Assembly (NCBI GenBank): GCA_963760795.1
Contig: CAVXEP010000029.1
Location: forward strand, 448,001 to 512,000
Direction of reading: 5' to 3'
Length of the DNA stretch: 64,000 bases
Source of the DNA: an uncultured delta proteobacterium
GTDB lineage: Bacteria > Desulfobacterota > Binatia > UBA9968
A model generated the notes under the pieces. The model was not told the DNA's origin and searched no databases. It saw only the letters and a list, made by a program, of their open reading frames with translations. Of the stretch, positions 37,894 through 45,961 are shown one piece after another; within the stretch, counting starts at the first letter, position 1; the number at the start of each line of letters is the position of its first letter. A program made the translations under genes and the position numbers.

Positions 37894-39558
37894 ATGATGC
37901 GCTCAGAATCTACTTTCGGATTGTTCACCGCTTTATTTCTGGCGTTCGCTGCCCATGTCGCGGCTCATCCGCTGGGAAATTTCAGCATCAGCCAATATTC
38001 CGCGCTTCAAATCGGCGAGCAGGATGTTGAAGTGCGCTACATCGTCGACATGGCCGAAATCCCGACTTTTCAAGAGATTCAAGAAACTGGTTTTGTCCCG
38101 AGGGCCGACGACGTGAGTGCGAAAGCATACGCCGCGCGCAAAGCTGAAAGTCTGCGCGGCGGCTTAATGCTTGAGATCAATGGGCGGCCGGTGCCGTTGC
38201 GGCCCGAGTCCCACGAAATTATTTTTCCCGAAGGCGCCGGTGGATTGCCGACGCTCAAGATTGGCGTCGTTTACAAAGGGAAGTTGGCGGCCGCCAGCGG
38301 TGGTGGTTATTCGCTCAGCTATCGCGATGGCAATTTCCCTGGGCGCGCCGGCTGGAAGGAAATCATCGCGGTCGCCGGGCCTGGCGTGAAGCTGCTCAAC
38401 AGTTCCGTCCCGGAGATTGACCGCAGCGCACGGCTCAGCGACTATCCGACCGATCTGCTGAATAGTCCACCGCAACAGCTAGAAGCACGAGTTGGTTTCT
38501 CCGTGACACCCCCCGCGGTGGCCGCAGACGGTTCCAGCACGGCATCAAAGCCGGTAATAGCGAAAACAGAAACACCGATCCCGCAAACCAGAAAGGCCGA
38601 ATCGAAGCGGTCAGGACAAGCAGCTTCATCTACGCCGCCCACCGCGCCGGCTAACAACATTTTGCATGCGAAAGATTCACCGGCGAAGAATTCATTGCAA
38701 TTAAAAGCCAACAGCCAGGCGACGCCGCGCAATTCGTTCACCGAGATCATGGCGAAAAAAGAATTAGGATTGGGAGTTATTCTCGCGGCGCTGGCCGTTG
38801 CCGTCGGTCTTGGCGCTTTTCACGCCTTGGAGCCGGGCCACGGCAAGACCCTGGTCGCGGCTTATCTGGTCGGCTCCCGTGGCACTGTCAAACACGCCGT
38901 GCTGCTCGGCCTGATCGTGACGACGGCTCACACCGCAGGCGTCTACTTGCTCGGCGCGATTACTCTCTATGCATCGAAGTACATCGTTCCGGAACGGCTC
39001 TATCCCTGGTTGGGAGCGATCTCCGGCGTCATGATTGCGGCGCTCGGGCTGATCCTGTTAGTGCGGCGCTATCAGGGCAGAAACGGAATGCCGGGACAAA
39101 GTCACCACCATCATGGCGCGCATGATCACGCCGCGCACGTTCACCATCATGATCACGGACCTGATCATGCGCAGGAGCATCATCATCACCACGGCGGCCA
39201 CACGCAGCATCATCATGAAGTGAACCAAGTTGTCTCACTCAAGCAGCTCCTCGCCCTCGGCATTAGCGGCGGCATCGTTCCCTGTCCCGCGGCTTTGGTC
39301 GTACTGCTCAGCGCGGTGGCGATGCAGCGTATCGGCTTCGGTTTACTCTTGATCGTCGCCTTCAGTGTCGGCTTGGCCGCGGTGCTGATCGCCATCGGCA
39401 TGTTGATGGTCTACGCGCGCCAATTCATGGCGCGGTTCCAAGGCGAAGGCCAGTGGACGACGCGCTGGCTGCCGATCACCTCGTCGGCGTTCATTTTGCT
39501 CGCCGGCATCGCTTTGACCTGGCAAGCGTTGCGGAGCGGCGGTTTTCTGACGATCTAA
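37894..39558 (+). CDS. Ni/Co transporter (RcnA/NicO type) fused to an N-terminal exported domain
   Basis: AHPLGNFSI; HALEPGHGKT; TAHT; His-rich loop; GIVPCPAALVVLL; FSVGLA. Confidence 0.88.
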   Translation: MMRSESTFGLFTALFLAFAAHVAAHPLGNFSISQYSALQIGEQDVEVRYIVDMAEIPTFQEIQETGFVPRADDVSAKAYAARKAESLRGGLMLEINGRPVPLRPESHEIIFPEGAGGLPTLKIGVVYKGKLAAASGGGYSLSYRDGNFPGRAGWKEIIAVAGPGVKLLNSSVPEIDRSARLSDYPTDLLNSPPQQLEARVGFSVTPPAVAADGSSTASKPVIAKTETPIPQTRKAESKRSGQAASSTPPTAPANNILHAKDSPAKNSLQLKANSQATPRNSFTEIMAKKELGLGVILAALAVAVGLGAFHALEPGHGKTLVAAYLVGSRGTVKHAVLLGLIVTTAHTAGVYLLGAITLYASKYIVPERLYPWLGAISGVMIAALGLILLVRRYQGRNGMPGQSHHHHGAHDHAAHVHHHDHGPDHAQEHHHHHGGHTQHHHEVNQVVSLKQLLALGISGGIVPCPAALVVLLSAVAMQRIGFGLLLIVAFSVGLAAVLIAIGMLMVYARQFMARFQGEGQWTTRWLPITSSAFILLAGIALTWQALRSGGFLTI

Positions 39559-39726
39559 TTCGACGGACTGAAAACTTCTTCTCGCCGCAATGATTTAACG
39601 ATTCTATTTAAGATGCCGCACAACACAGTTACCGCGTCGATGGCCCACCCTTGGTAAGGCCTTTCCTTCAGTTCCGTCTTTACGGTAAAGTCCGGTCATC
39701 ACTCAAGAAAGGTTGGGGAGACTGCG

Positions 39727-40587
39727 ATGGAACCAATTGCAACTAACGTCCTGGAAAATACCAATCTAAAAAGCCGAAGGCTCAGAGAATTAGTCCGCTC
39801 GCCGGAGATACTCGTCATGCCCGGCGCCTACGATGTCTTGAGCGCGCTGCTGTTTCAGCAGTTGGGCTTCCAGGCGATCCAAGGCACCAGCGGCGGCATC
39901 GCCGCGGCGTTGGGTTATCCCGACGGCGAGGCGATAAGCCGTGATCTGTTTGTCCAGGTGTCGGCGAGCTTCGCCGCGGCGGTGTCCCTGCCAGTCAATG
40001 CCGACGGTGAAAAGGGCTATGGTGATGCCGCGGGCATAAAAGAAACCGTGCGCGCATTAGTCGCCGCCGGTGTTGCCGGCATGAATCTCGAAGACAGCAT
40101 CGCCAAAGGCGGCAGCGGCTTGGTCGAGCTCGGCCAACAGTTAGAGAAAATAACCGCCGTGATGGACGCGAAGCGCGAGCTCGGCAGCGAGTTTTTTCTC
40201 AACGCGCGGGTCGATTCCTTCCACGTTATCACCAACGATCCCAGGAAGGCGCTGGACGAAGCGATTCGCCGCGGCAACGCCTACGCCGAAGCCGGCGGCG
40301 ACTGCATTTTCTATCTCGGTCTCCACTCGGCAGAGACGATCGGCATCGTCGCCAAGGAAGTGAAGGCGCCGGTCAGTATCCTCGCCGGGCCGCAGTCTCC
40401 CAGCGTGAGCCAGTTGCAAGATCTCGGCGTGGCGCGGGTAAGTTACGGCTCAGGCTTCATGAAGGCGGCGATCACCGGGAGCAAAAAATTGGCCCAGGAA
40501 ATTCTTGAAAAGGGCACATGCAGCTTATTGAAAGACGGCGTGCAGACGCCGGAGATTAACGCCCTGGTGAGCAAGAAGCTCAGCTAG
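39727..40587 (+). CDS. Isocitrate lyase/PEP mutase family protein
   Basis: MPGAYDVLSA, TSGG, ADGEKGYG, GMNLED, NARVD, AYAEAGGDCIF, RVSYG. Confidence 0.88.
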   Translation: MEPIATNVLENTNLKSRRLRELVRSPEILVMPGAYDVLSALLFQQLGFQAIQGTSGGIAAALGYPDGEAISRDLFVQVSASFAAAVSLPVNADGEKGYGDAAGIKETVRALVAAGVAGMNLEDSIAKGGSGLVELGQQLEKITAVMDAKRELGSEFFLNARVDSFHVITNDPRKALDEAIRRGNAYAEAGGDCIFYLGLHSAETIGIVAKEVKAPVSILAGPQSPSVSQLQDLGVARVSYGSGFMKAAITGSKKLAQEILEKGTCSLLKDGVQTPEINALVSKKLS

Positions 40588-40595
40588 GAGAATCC

Positions 40596-42236
40596 ATGGC
40601 GACACCTTACCACGAAAAATTAGACAAAATTCGCATGGCTTTTCCCCAGCCGGTGTCCGACCGGGTGCATGATTCTTATTTCGTCCATAGCATCATGCGC
40701 GCGTTGGACATGGTCGACGGCCTCAAGAGCGAAGTGCCGGTGCTGGGGCCGCGCGAACCGCTGGATTACGGCGCGGCGCAAATGGCGCGCTTAGCGGAAT
40801 CGTCGTCGACGGTGGAAGACGTAACGGCGAACTTGGTTGACTATTTCAAAGGCCTGACAATTTGGGGCCATCCGCGCACGCAGATCAACGTCGTGCCGCC
40901 GCCGTCGATCTCGTCGCTGATCGCGACGGTCTTGACCGGACTCTACAATCCCAACCTGGCGTGGGATGAGTACAGCCATAAAGTCGCCCTTGCGGAGGTC
41001 GAGGCGGTGGCGATGACTGCGGGGCTGATGGGCTACGATCCGGCGCGCGCTTCCGGTGTCTTCACTTTCGGCGGCACGGCGACGACGCTTTACGGCGTCA
41101 AGGTCGGCCTGGAGAAGTCGGTGCCCGGCGCCATGCAAAACGGCGTCGGCGCGGGTGCGGTCATTTTTGCCAGCGACTGCAGCCACTACTGCCGTTACAA
41201 CATCGCCGGCTGGCTCGGCCTCGGCGCGAAAAATCTTATTACGATCCCGACCGACTCGCGCAACGCTATAAAGATCGATGTCCTGCGCGATCATGCACGG
41301 ACGGCGTTGCAAAGCGGCTGGCCGATCGCCGCCTTCATCGCGACCATGGGGACGACCGATGCGTTTGGCATCGACGATCTCGAAGCGGTGGTTAATTTGC
41401 GCGACGAACTGGTCAGCGAATTCAACCTGCCGTATCGGCCGCACGTTCACGCCGACGCGGTCATCGGCTGGGCATGGCAAGCGTTCGCCGACTACGATTT
41501 CGAGCATAACCCGTTGGAGTTTCGCCCACGCACGGTGCGCGCGCTGGCCGGCGCCTGCCAGCGCATTCGCCATCTGCCTCTAGCCGATTCCATCGGCATC
41601 GACTTTCACAAGACCGGCTTCACGCCATATATATCGAGTCTGGTGCTGTTCAAAGAACGGGACGATCTGCGTTTGTTGATGCGCAGCCAGGAGCAGATGC
41701 CTTATCTCTATCAGTTCGGCGAGCACCGTCCGGGCATGTTCACCCTTGAGACGTCGCGCGGCGGCATGGGCGCGCTGACGGCCTTGGCCAATCTAAAACT
41801 ACTCGGCAAAGAAGGTCTGCGGGTCATGATTGGCCATATCGTCGAGATGACCCAGCTGCTGCGCGAACATCTCGAAGGCCATGCGGCCACCGCAGTGCTC
41901 AACCGCGACAACTTCGGCACGGTAACTTTGTTCCGCGCCTATCCGGACGGCGTCGATACTTTTGCGATCAAAGAGCAGGAGATGGACGACAAAAATTTTC
42001 GTGACACGCTGTTAAGCCACAATGATTATAACCGAAAGATCTTCGACTATGTTCACGGCGAAGCAATGGCCGGCCGCGGCGTGGTGATCTCGCTCACCGA
42101 CTCCTACCGGGAAACCAGTTACGGCGAACCTGTAACGGCGTTGAAATCGTTTATCCTTTCGCCCTTCACCGACGAGGAAAACGTCGAAACCGTAGTCGAC
42201 AAGGTTTTGGAAGCTCGCGCCAAGGTCAAGGTTTGA
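40596..42236 (+). CDS. Group II PLP-dependent amino-acid decarboxylase
   Basis: GVFTFGGT, SHYC, TMGTTDAFGID, HVHADA, DSIGIDFHK (PLP Lys), LETSR. Confidence 0.88.
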   Translation: MATPYHEKLDKIRMAFPQPVSDRVHDSYFVHSIMRALDMVDGLKSEVPVLGPREPLDYGAAQMARLAESSSTVEDVTANLVDYFKGLTIWGHPRTQINVVPPPSISSLIATVLTGLYNPNLAWDEYSHKVALAEVEAVAMTAGLMGYDPARASGVFTFGGTATTLYGVKVGLEKSVPGAMQNGVGAGAVIFASDCSHYCRYNIAGWLGLGAKNLITIPTDSRNAIKIDVLRDHARTALQSGWPIAAFIATMGTTDAFGIDDLEAVVNLRDELVSEFNLPYRPHVHADAVIGWAWQAFADYDFEHNPLEFRPRTVRALAGACQRIRHLPLADSIGIDFHKTGFTPYISSLVLFKERDDLRLLMRSQEQMPYLYQFGEHRPGMFTLETSRGGMGALTALANLKLLGKEGLRVMIGHIVEMTQLLREHLEGHAATAVLNRDNFGTVTLFRAYPDGVDTFAIKEQEMDDKNFRDTLLSHNDYNRKIFDYVHGEAMAGRGVVISLTDSYRETSYGEPVTALKSFILSPFTDEENVETVVDKVLEARAKVKV

Positions 42237-42727
42237 TCGCCGCAACTATGCCGCCGCAAGCTCTGGTTGTTTCGTTGCACATCGCCGCACAGGCGGCGGC
42301 GCCAATGCAGAGCGTTTCAACCGTCATTGCTGTCGCGGGACGAGGACTCGAAGGCGACCGATACTTCTACAGGACCGGCACTTATTCGACCCATCCCGGC
42401 TCGGGACGTGAAATTACATTGATCGAGAGTGAAGCCGTTGCAGCGCTGGCGCGCGAGTACGATATCCAATTGCCGCCCGGACTGACGAGACGCAATATCG
42501 TCACTCGCGCTGTTGCGCTGAATCATCTGGTTGGGAAAACCTTTATCATCGGTGCCGTGGTGCTGCGCGGCATGCGTCTGTGCGAGCCTTGCTTGCATAT
42601 GGAAAGACTGGCCGCCAAGGGCGCCGCGCATGGGTTGATTCATCGCGGCGGGCTGCGCGCTGAAATCGTCAGCGGCGGCGAGATCCGGGTCGGCGAGCGA
42701 ATTTTTGCATCAGAGAAAACTGCTTGA
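42233..42727 (+). CDS. MOSC-domain protein
   Basis: GLEGDRY, REITLIE, RRNIVT, LCEPC, RGGLRAEIVSGGEIRVG. Confidence 0.88.
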   Translation: MIAATMPPQALVVSLHIAAQAAAPMQSVSTVIAVAGRGLEGDRYFYRTGTYSTHPGSGREITLIESEAVAALAREYDIQLPPGLTRRNIVTRAVALNHLVGKTFIIGAVVLRGMRLCEPCLHMERLAAKGAAHGLIHRGGLRAEIVSGGEIRVGERIFASEKTA

Positions 42728-42748
42728 GCGGCGGCGCGGGATGATGCC

Positions 42749-43609
42749 ATGACAGGTCTTGCACTAACGCTGATTCTTGGCGCCGCGGTCATCCACGCGA
42801 CTTGGAATCTGATCAATAAGCAGGCGAGTGGCCATGCGACATTTACTTGGATCGTCGCGGTGTTGTCGGCGTTGTTCTACGCGCCGGCGACGATTGCGAT
42901 CATCGAGATCTGGCAGCTGAAGTTCAGCTTCGTCGAGGTCGGCATGATGGCCGGCAGCGCGGCGCTGCACACCGGTTATTTCTTGCTTCTCAATCAAGGC
43001 TACCGGGTTGGCGACTTGTCGCTGGTTTATCCGTTGGCGCGCGGCACTGGGCCGCTGCTGTCGACCGTCGCGGCGATTATATTTCTCGGCGAACGGCCTT
43101 CAGTAGTGGCAGTTGTCGGGGCGTTGCTGATCATCGGCGGCGTGATGGTGTTGGCCGGCAACTTTGCGCGGCTGCGCCAGAGCGGCACGCGCGCCGCGGT
43201 CGGCTATGCGCTGATCACCGGTTTATTCATCGCCGCCTACACCTTGTGGGACAAGCAGGCGGTGAGCCATTTCGCCATCATGCCGATGGTTTTGGACTGG
43301 GGCGCCAATCTCGGGCGGGCAATTTTGCTGACGCCGTTCGCCCTGCGCTATTCCGAGGAAGCGGTCATCGAGTGGCGCGAGCATAAATGGGAGGCGGTCG
43401 CCGTCGCGATCCTGATCCCGCTCTCCTATATCCTCGTGCTCACCGCCATGAGTTTTACGCCGGTGAGTTACGTCGCGCCGGCGCGCGAGATCAGCATCCT
43501 TATCGGCACGGCGCTGGGCGCGCGCTTGCTCGCCGAAGGGGATGCGCCGCGCCGGCTTGCGGCAGCCGGCGCGATGGTGTTGGGGATTGTCGCGCTGGCC
43601 CTCGGATAA
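42749..43609 (+). CDS. DMT/EamA-family transporter
   Basis: ~10 TM; HATWN, GDLSLVYPLARGTGP, VAPAREISI. Confidence 0.9.
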   Translation: MTGLALTLILGAAVIHATWNLINKQASGHATFTWIVAVLSALFYAPATIAIIEIWQLKFSFVEVGMMAGSAALHTGYFLLLNQGYRVGDLSLVYPLARGTGPLLSTVAAIIFLGERPSVVAVVGALLIIGGVMVLAGNFARLRQSGTRAAVGYALITGLFIAAYTLWDKQAVSHFAIMPMVLDWGANLGRAILLTPFALRYSEEAVIEWREHKWEAVAVAILIPLSYILVLTAMSFTPVSYVAPAREISILIGTALGARLLAEGDAPRRLAAAGAMVLGIVALALG

Positions 43610-43616
43610 AACATTC

Positions 43617-43653
43617 GTTCAAAAGTTCAAAGGTTCAAAGGTTCAAGGGGTTC
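43617..43653 (+). repeat. Tandem 8-mer repeat
   Basis: gttcaaaa gttcaaag gttcaaag gttcaagg. Confidence 0.75.
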
Positions 43654-43668
43654 GGAGCTCAGACGCTC

Positions 43669-43995
43669 ATGAATAAGCAGGATGAATCGTTCAAAGATTT
43701 TATTGTCGACCAGCTGAGCGAAATGGACAGCGTCGAGGCGCGGCGGATGTTCGGCGGGCATGGCTTGTATCAGGACGAGACTTTCTTCGGCATCGTTCAC
43801 AAGGGCAAACTGTTCTTCAAGATCGATGACAATACGGTCGATGAATACCGCAAGCGCAAGATGAAACCGTTTCGCCCCAATGGCAAGCAGACGCTCAAGA
43901 GTTATTACCAGGTGCCGGTGGAGATCATCGAAGATGCGGATGCGTTGCGGCAGTGGGCCGAGCAGGCGGTGATGTGTCAAATCGCGAGGAGGTAG
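43669..43995 (+). CDS. TfoX/Sxy N-terminal-domain protein
   Basis: ARRMFGGHGLY..FFGIV..LFFK, SYYQVP. Confidence 0.88.
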   Translation: MNKQDESFKDFIVDQLSEMDSVEARRMFGGHGLYQDETFFGIVHKGKLFFKIDDNTVDEYRKRKMKPFRPNGKQTLKSYYQVPVEIIEDADALRQWAEQAVMCQIARR

Positions 43996-44278
43996 CCCAG
44001 CTTATAAGACGGTGTCATCGCCTCACGGTCTTGGCAAGCCGGCGAAGAAGCGTAAGGCATGACGGGTTAGCGGTTAGGCGTGCCGTCATTTCACGTAGTA
44101 TCCCCGACAGTTAAGTTTGGTGGCCTGACCGGCTATCCGTATGCGATTGCTAATCTGCCGTCGATTTTGGTGCAACTACTGTCCGGGACGAGGAATGGGA
44201 ATTTCACTCGATCCTTGTGAGCAACGACCGTCCGTGTGTATCAACGATCAGCGAGTGCCCTCCCCAAGAGCCGAGATT

Positions 44279-44419
44279 GGAACGAGGTACATTATTGACG
44301 GGCTATTGAAAGCTCCCGATGGAAGATAGTTAAATATCCGCGCGGCTTGGTATGTCAATACGGATGTAGACGTACCGAGGTTCGTCACGGCTCATCCTTT
44401 GAGAAGGAGGCGCTCATGA
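44279..44419 (+). pseudogene. 3' remnant of a DUF6883-like toxin/nuclease gene with an internal stop
   Basis: GTRYIIDGLLKAPDGR*LNIRAAWYV...PRFVTAHP; TAG at 44327; ends ATGA-overlapped with the DUF4926 gene. Confidence 0.65.
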
Positions 44420-44649
44420 TTCAGGAACTCGAAGACGTGATTCTTACATGTGACTTGCCGGAGCAGGGACTGGCACAAGGCGATATCGGCACCGTCGTAC
44501 TGGTCCATGAAAAAGGCAAAGGTTACGAGGTCGAGTTCACGACCTTGGACGGGGAAACTATTGCCATCGTAACCCTGGCAGCGAAGCAGGTTCGTCCCAG
44601 CAAGCCAAAAGAAATCGCTCATGTGCGCGACCTGTCCGCCAATCCATAG
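44416..44649 (+). CDS. DUF4926-domain protein (antitoxin-like)
   Basis: MIQELEDVIL..DLPEQGL..GDIGTVV..GYEVEF..DGET; RBS aaggagg. Confidence 0.85.
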   Translation: MIQELEDVILTCDLPEQGLAQGDIGTVVLVHEKGKGYEVEFTTLDGETIAIVTLAAKQVRPSKPKEIAHVRDLSANP

Positions 44650-44660
44650 CCAGTGTGCCG

Positions 44661-44900
44661 ATGGAAGCGAAGCTAACATTTAAATATGATCGCCAAGGAG
44701 ACATTCTTTACATCAACAAGACTCTGCCCTATGCCGAACAGGAATCGGAGGAACTGGGAGACGAGGTCATCGCTAGGCTCAACCCAAAAACCGGGGAGAT
44801 CGAAAATATCGAGGTATTGTTTTTCTCAACTCGGCTCCTTCGCAGCGATTTGTTTGAACTGCCCGTCACGGCGGACCTGCGGTTAGCGGGAAAGAACTAG
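44661..44900 (+). CDS. DUF2283-domain protein (antitoxin-like)
   Basis: FKYDRQGDILYI..SEELGDEVIARL..GEIENIEVL. Confidence 0.8.
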   Translation: MEAKLTFKYDRQGDILYINKTLPYAEQESEELGDEVIARLNPKTGEIENIEVLFFSTRLLRSDLFELPVTADLRLAGKN

Positions 44901-45016
44901 CCAAGATTGGAGGAAATGCGCTGAAACAAGCAGCCGCACGCTATGCTTCGACGTAACGTCAGACACCAGGCTTCTTGTTACGCACGAGGAATCGATTTCC
45001 GCTGAATCACTCGTGG

Positions 45017-45567
45017 ATGAATCTAACGGTACTCAAGTCAACCGATGCTGCATATCCCGCCCGCCTGCACGAGCGCTTGGGCGAACATGCTCCAAGAACA
45101 CTAACCTGCATTGGCGACCTCGCGTCGCTGTCTCAGACTAAGTCAGGGCTGTTTTGTTCCGTTCGTTGCCCGGTGATGCTATCCTTGCTGCTTACGACGC
45201 GGCGCGAAAGCTACGCGACGATGGAGTCACAGTTATTAGCGGGTTTCACTCGCCGGTGGAGAAGGAATGCCTGCGGATTCTCCTGCGAGGGAAGCAACCG
45301 ATCATCATTTGCTTGGCGCGGGCGATGGACAAGATTCGGATACCGATGGACTGGCGGCGTGGGTTAGAAACCGGACGCTTGCTGCTGCTTTCGCCATTCG
45401 AGAAGCGTCCGCGGCGTCCGACGGTGGAGTCGTCACGCCAACGAAATGAACTCGTTGCCGCGTTGTCAGACGAAGCGCTCATCGTCCACGCCGAACCAGG
45501 CGGTAACATCGCGCGTATTTCTGAATTGGTACGCGATTGGACAATACCTACGAGAGCCCTACGGTAA
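45017..45567 (+). CDS. Short DprA/Smf-like (SLOG) protein, frameshift near 45170
   Basis: YPARL..LFCSVRCP/GDAI..VISGFHSPVEKECL..RNELVAALSD..AEPGG. Confidence 0.75.
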
Positions 45568-45960
45568 TCACTTATCCGTCGATTTCCTTGGTGCCACGCT
45601 GAACAGCTGCTTTTCCGGATTGCAGATATGGTCCAGCACCAGCCACAAACTTCTTGAATGATGAAAAAACAGCAGCGGGAAGATCACCGCGAAGGGTATC
45701 CAGAAGGCGAGCTGTTGGTTGATGTCGATACCGGTGAAGGCGTCGAGGAGAAAGAAGCCGGGCACGGCGATGGCGATGGTGGCGGCGTAATTGATATAAA
45801 TCGCGCCGATGAAGTAGCCCTGTTCGCGCTCGAATTTTAGTCCACAGTGGGCGCAGTTCTCATTCATCCTAAATGGCTTGCCGTACAAGCGGCCGATGCC
45901 GCAGCGCGGACAGCGCAGGCGCAGGCCGTGGCCGAGCATGGAGAAGATTGACACGGCCAC
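45568..45960 (-). CDS. DUF983-domain protein (CxxC motifs plus 2 TM)
   Basis: RLRCPRCG, CAHCG..REQGYF; directly downstream of uvrA. Confidence 0.8.
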   Translation of the reverse strand: MAVSIFSMLGHGLRLRCPRCGIGRLYGKPFRMNENCAHCGLKFEREQGYFIGAIYINYAATIAIAVPGFFLLDAFTGIDINQQLAFWIPFAVIFPLLFFHHSRSLWLVLDHICNPEKQLFSVAPRKSTDK

Positions 45961-45961
45961 T

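Noticed and set aside
39727-40587. PEP mutase / phosphonate biosynthesis cluster
   Set aside because: Lacks the EDK-x5-NS motif of true PEP mutases (reads NLEDSIAKGG) and has no phosphonopyruvate decarboxylase neighbour.
43617-43653. CRISPR or phase-variable tract
   Set aside because: Only four imperfect intergenic 8-mers without spacers.
43669-45567. Competence locus (TfoX plus DprA)
   Set aside because: Stand-alone TfoX_N and a short DprA-like protein separated by toxin-antitoxin debris; no com or pilus genes.
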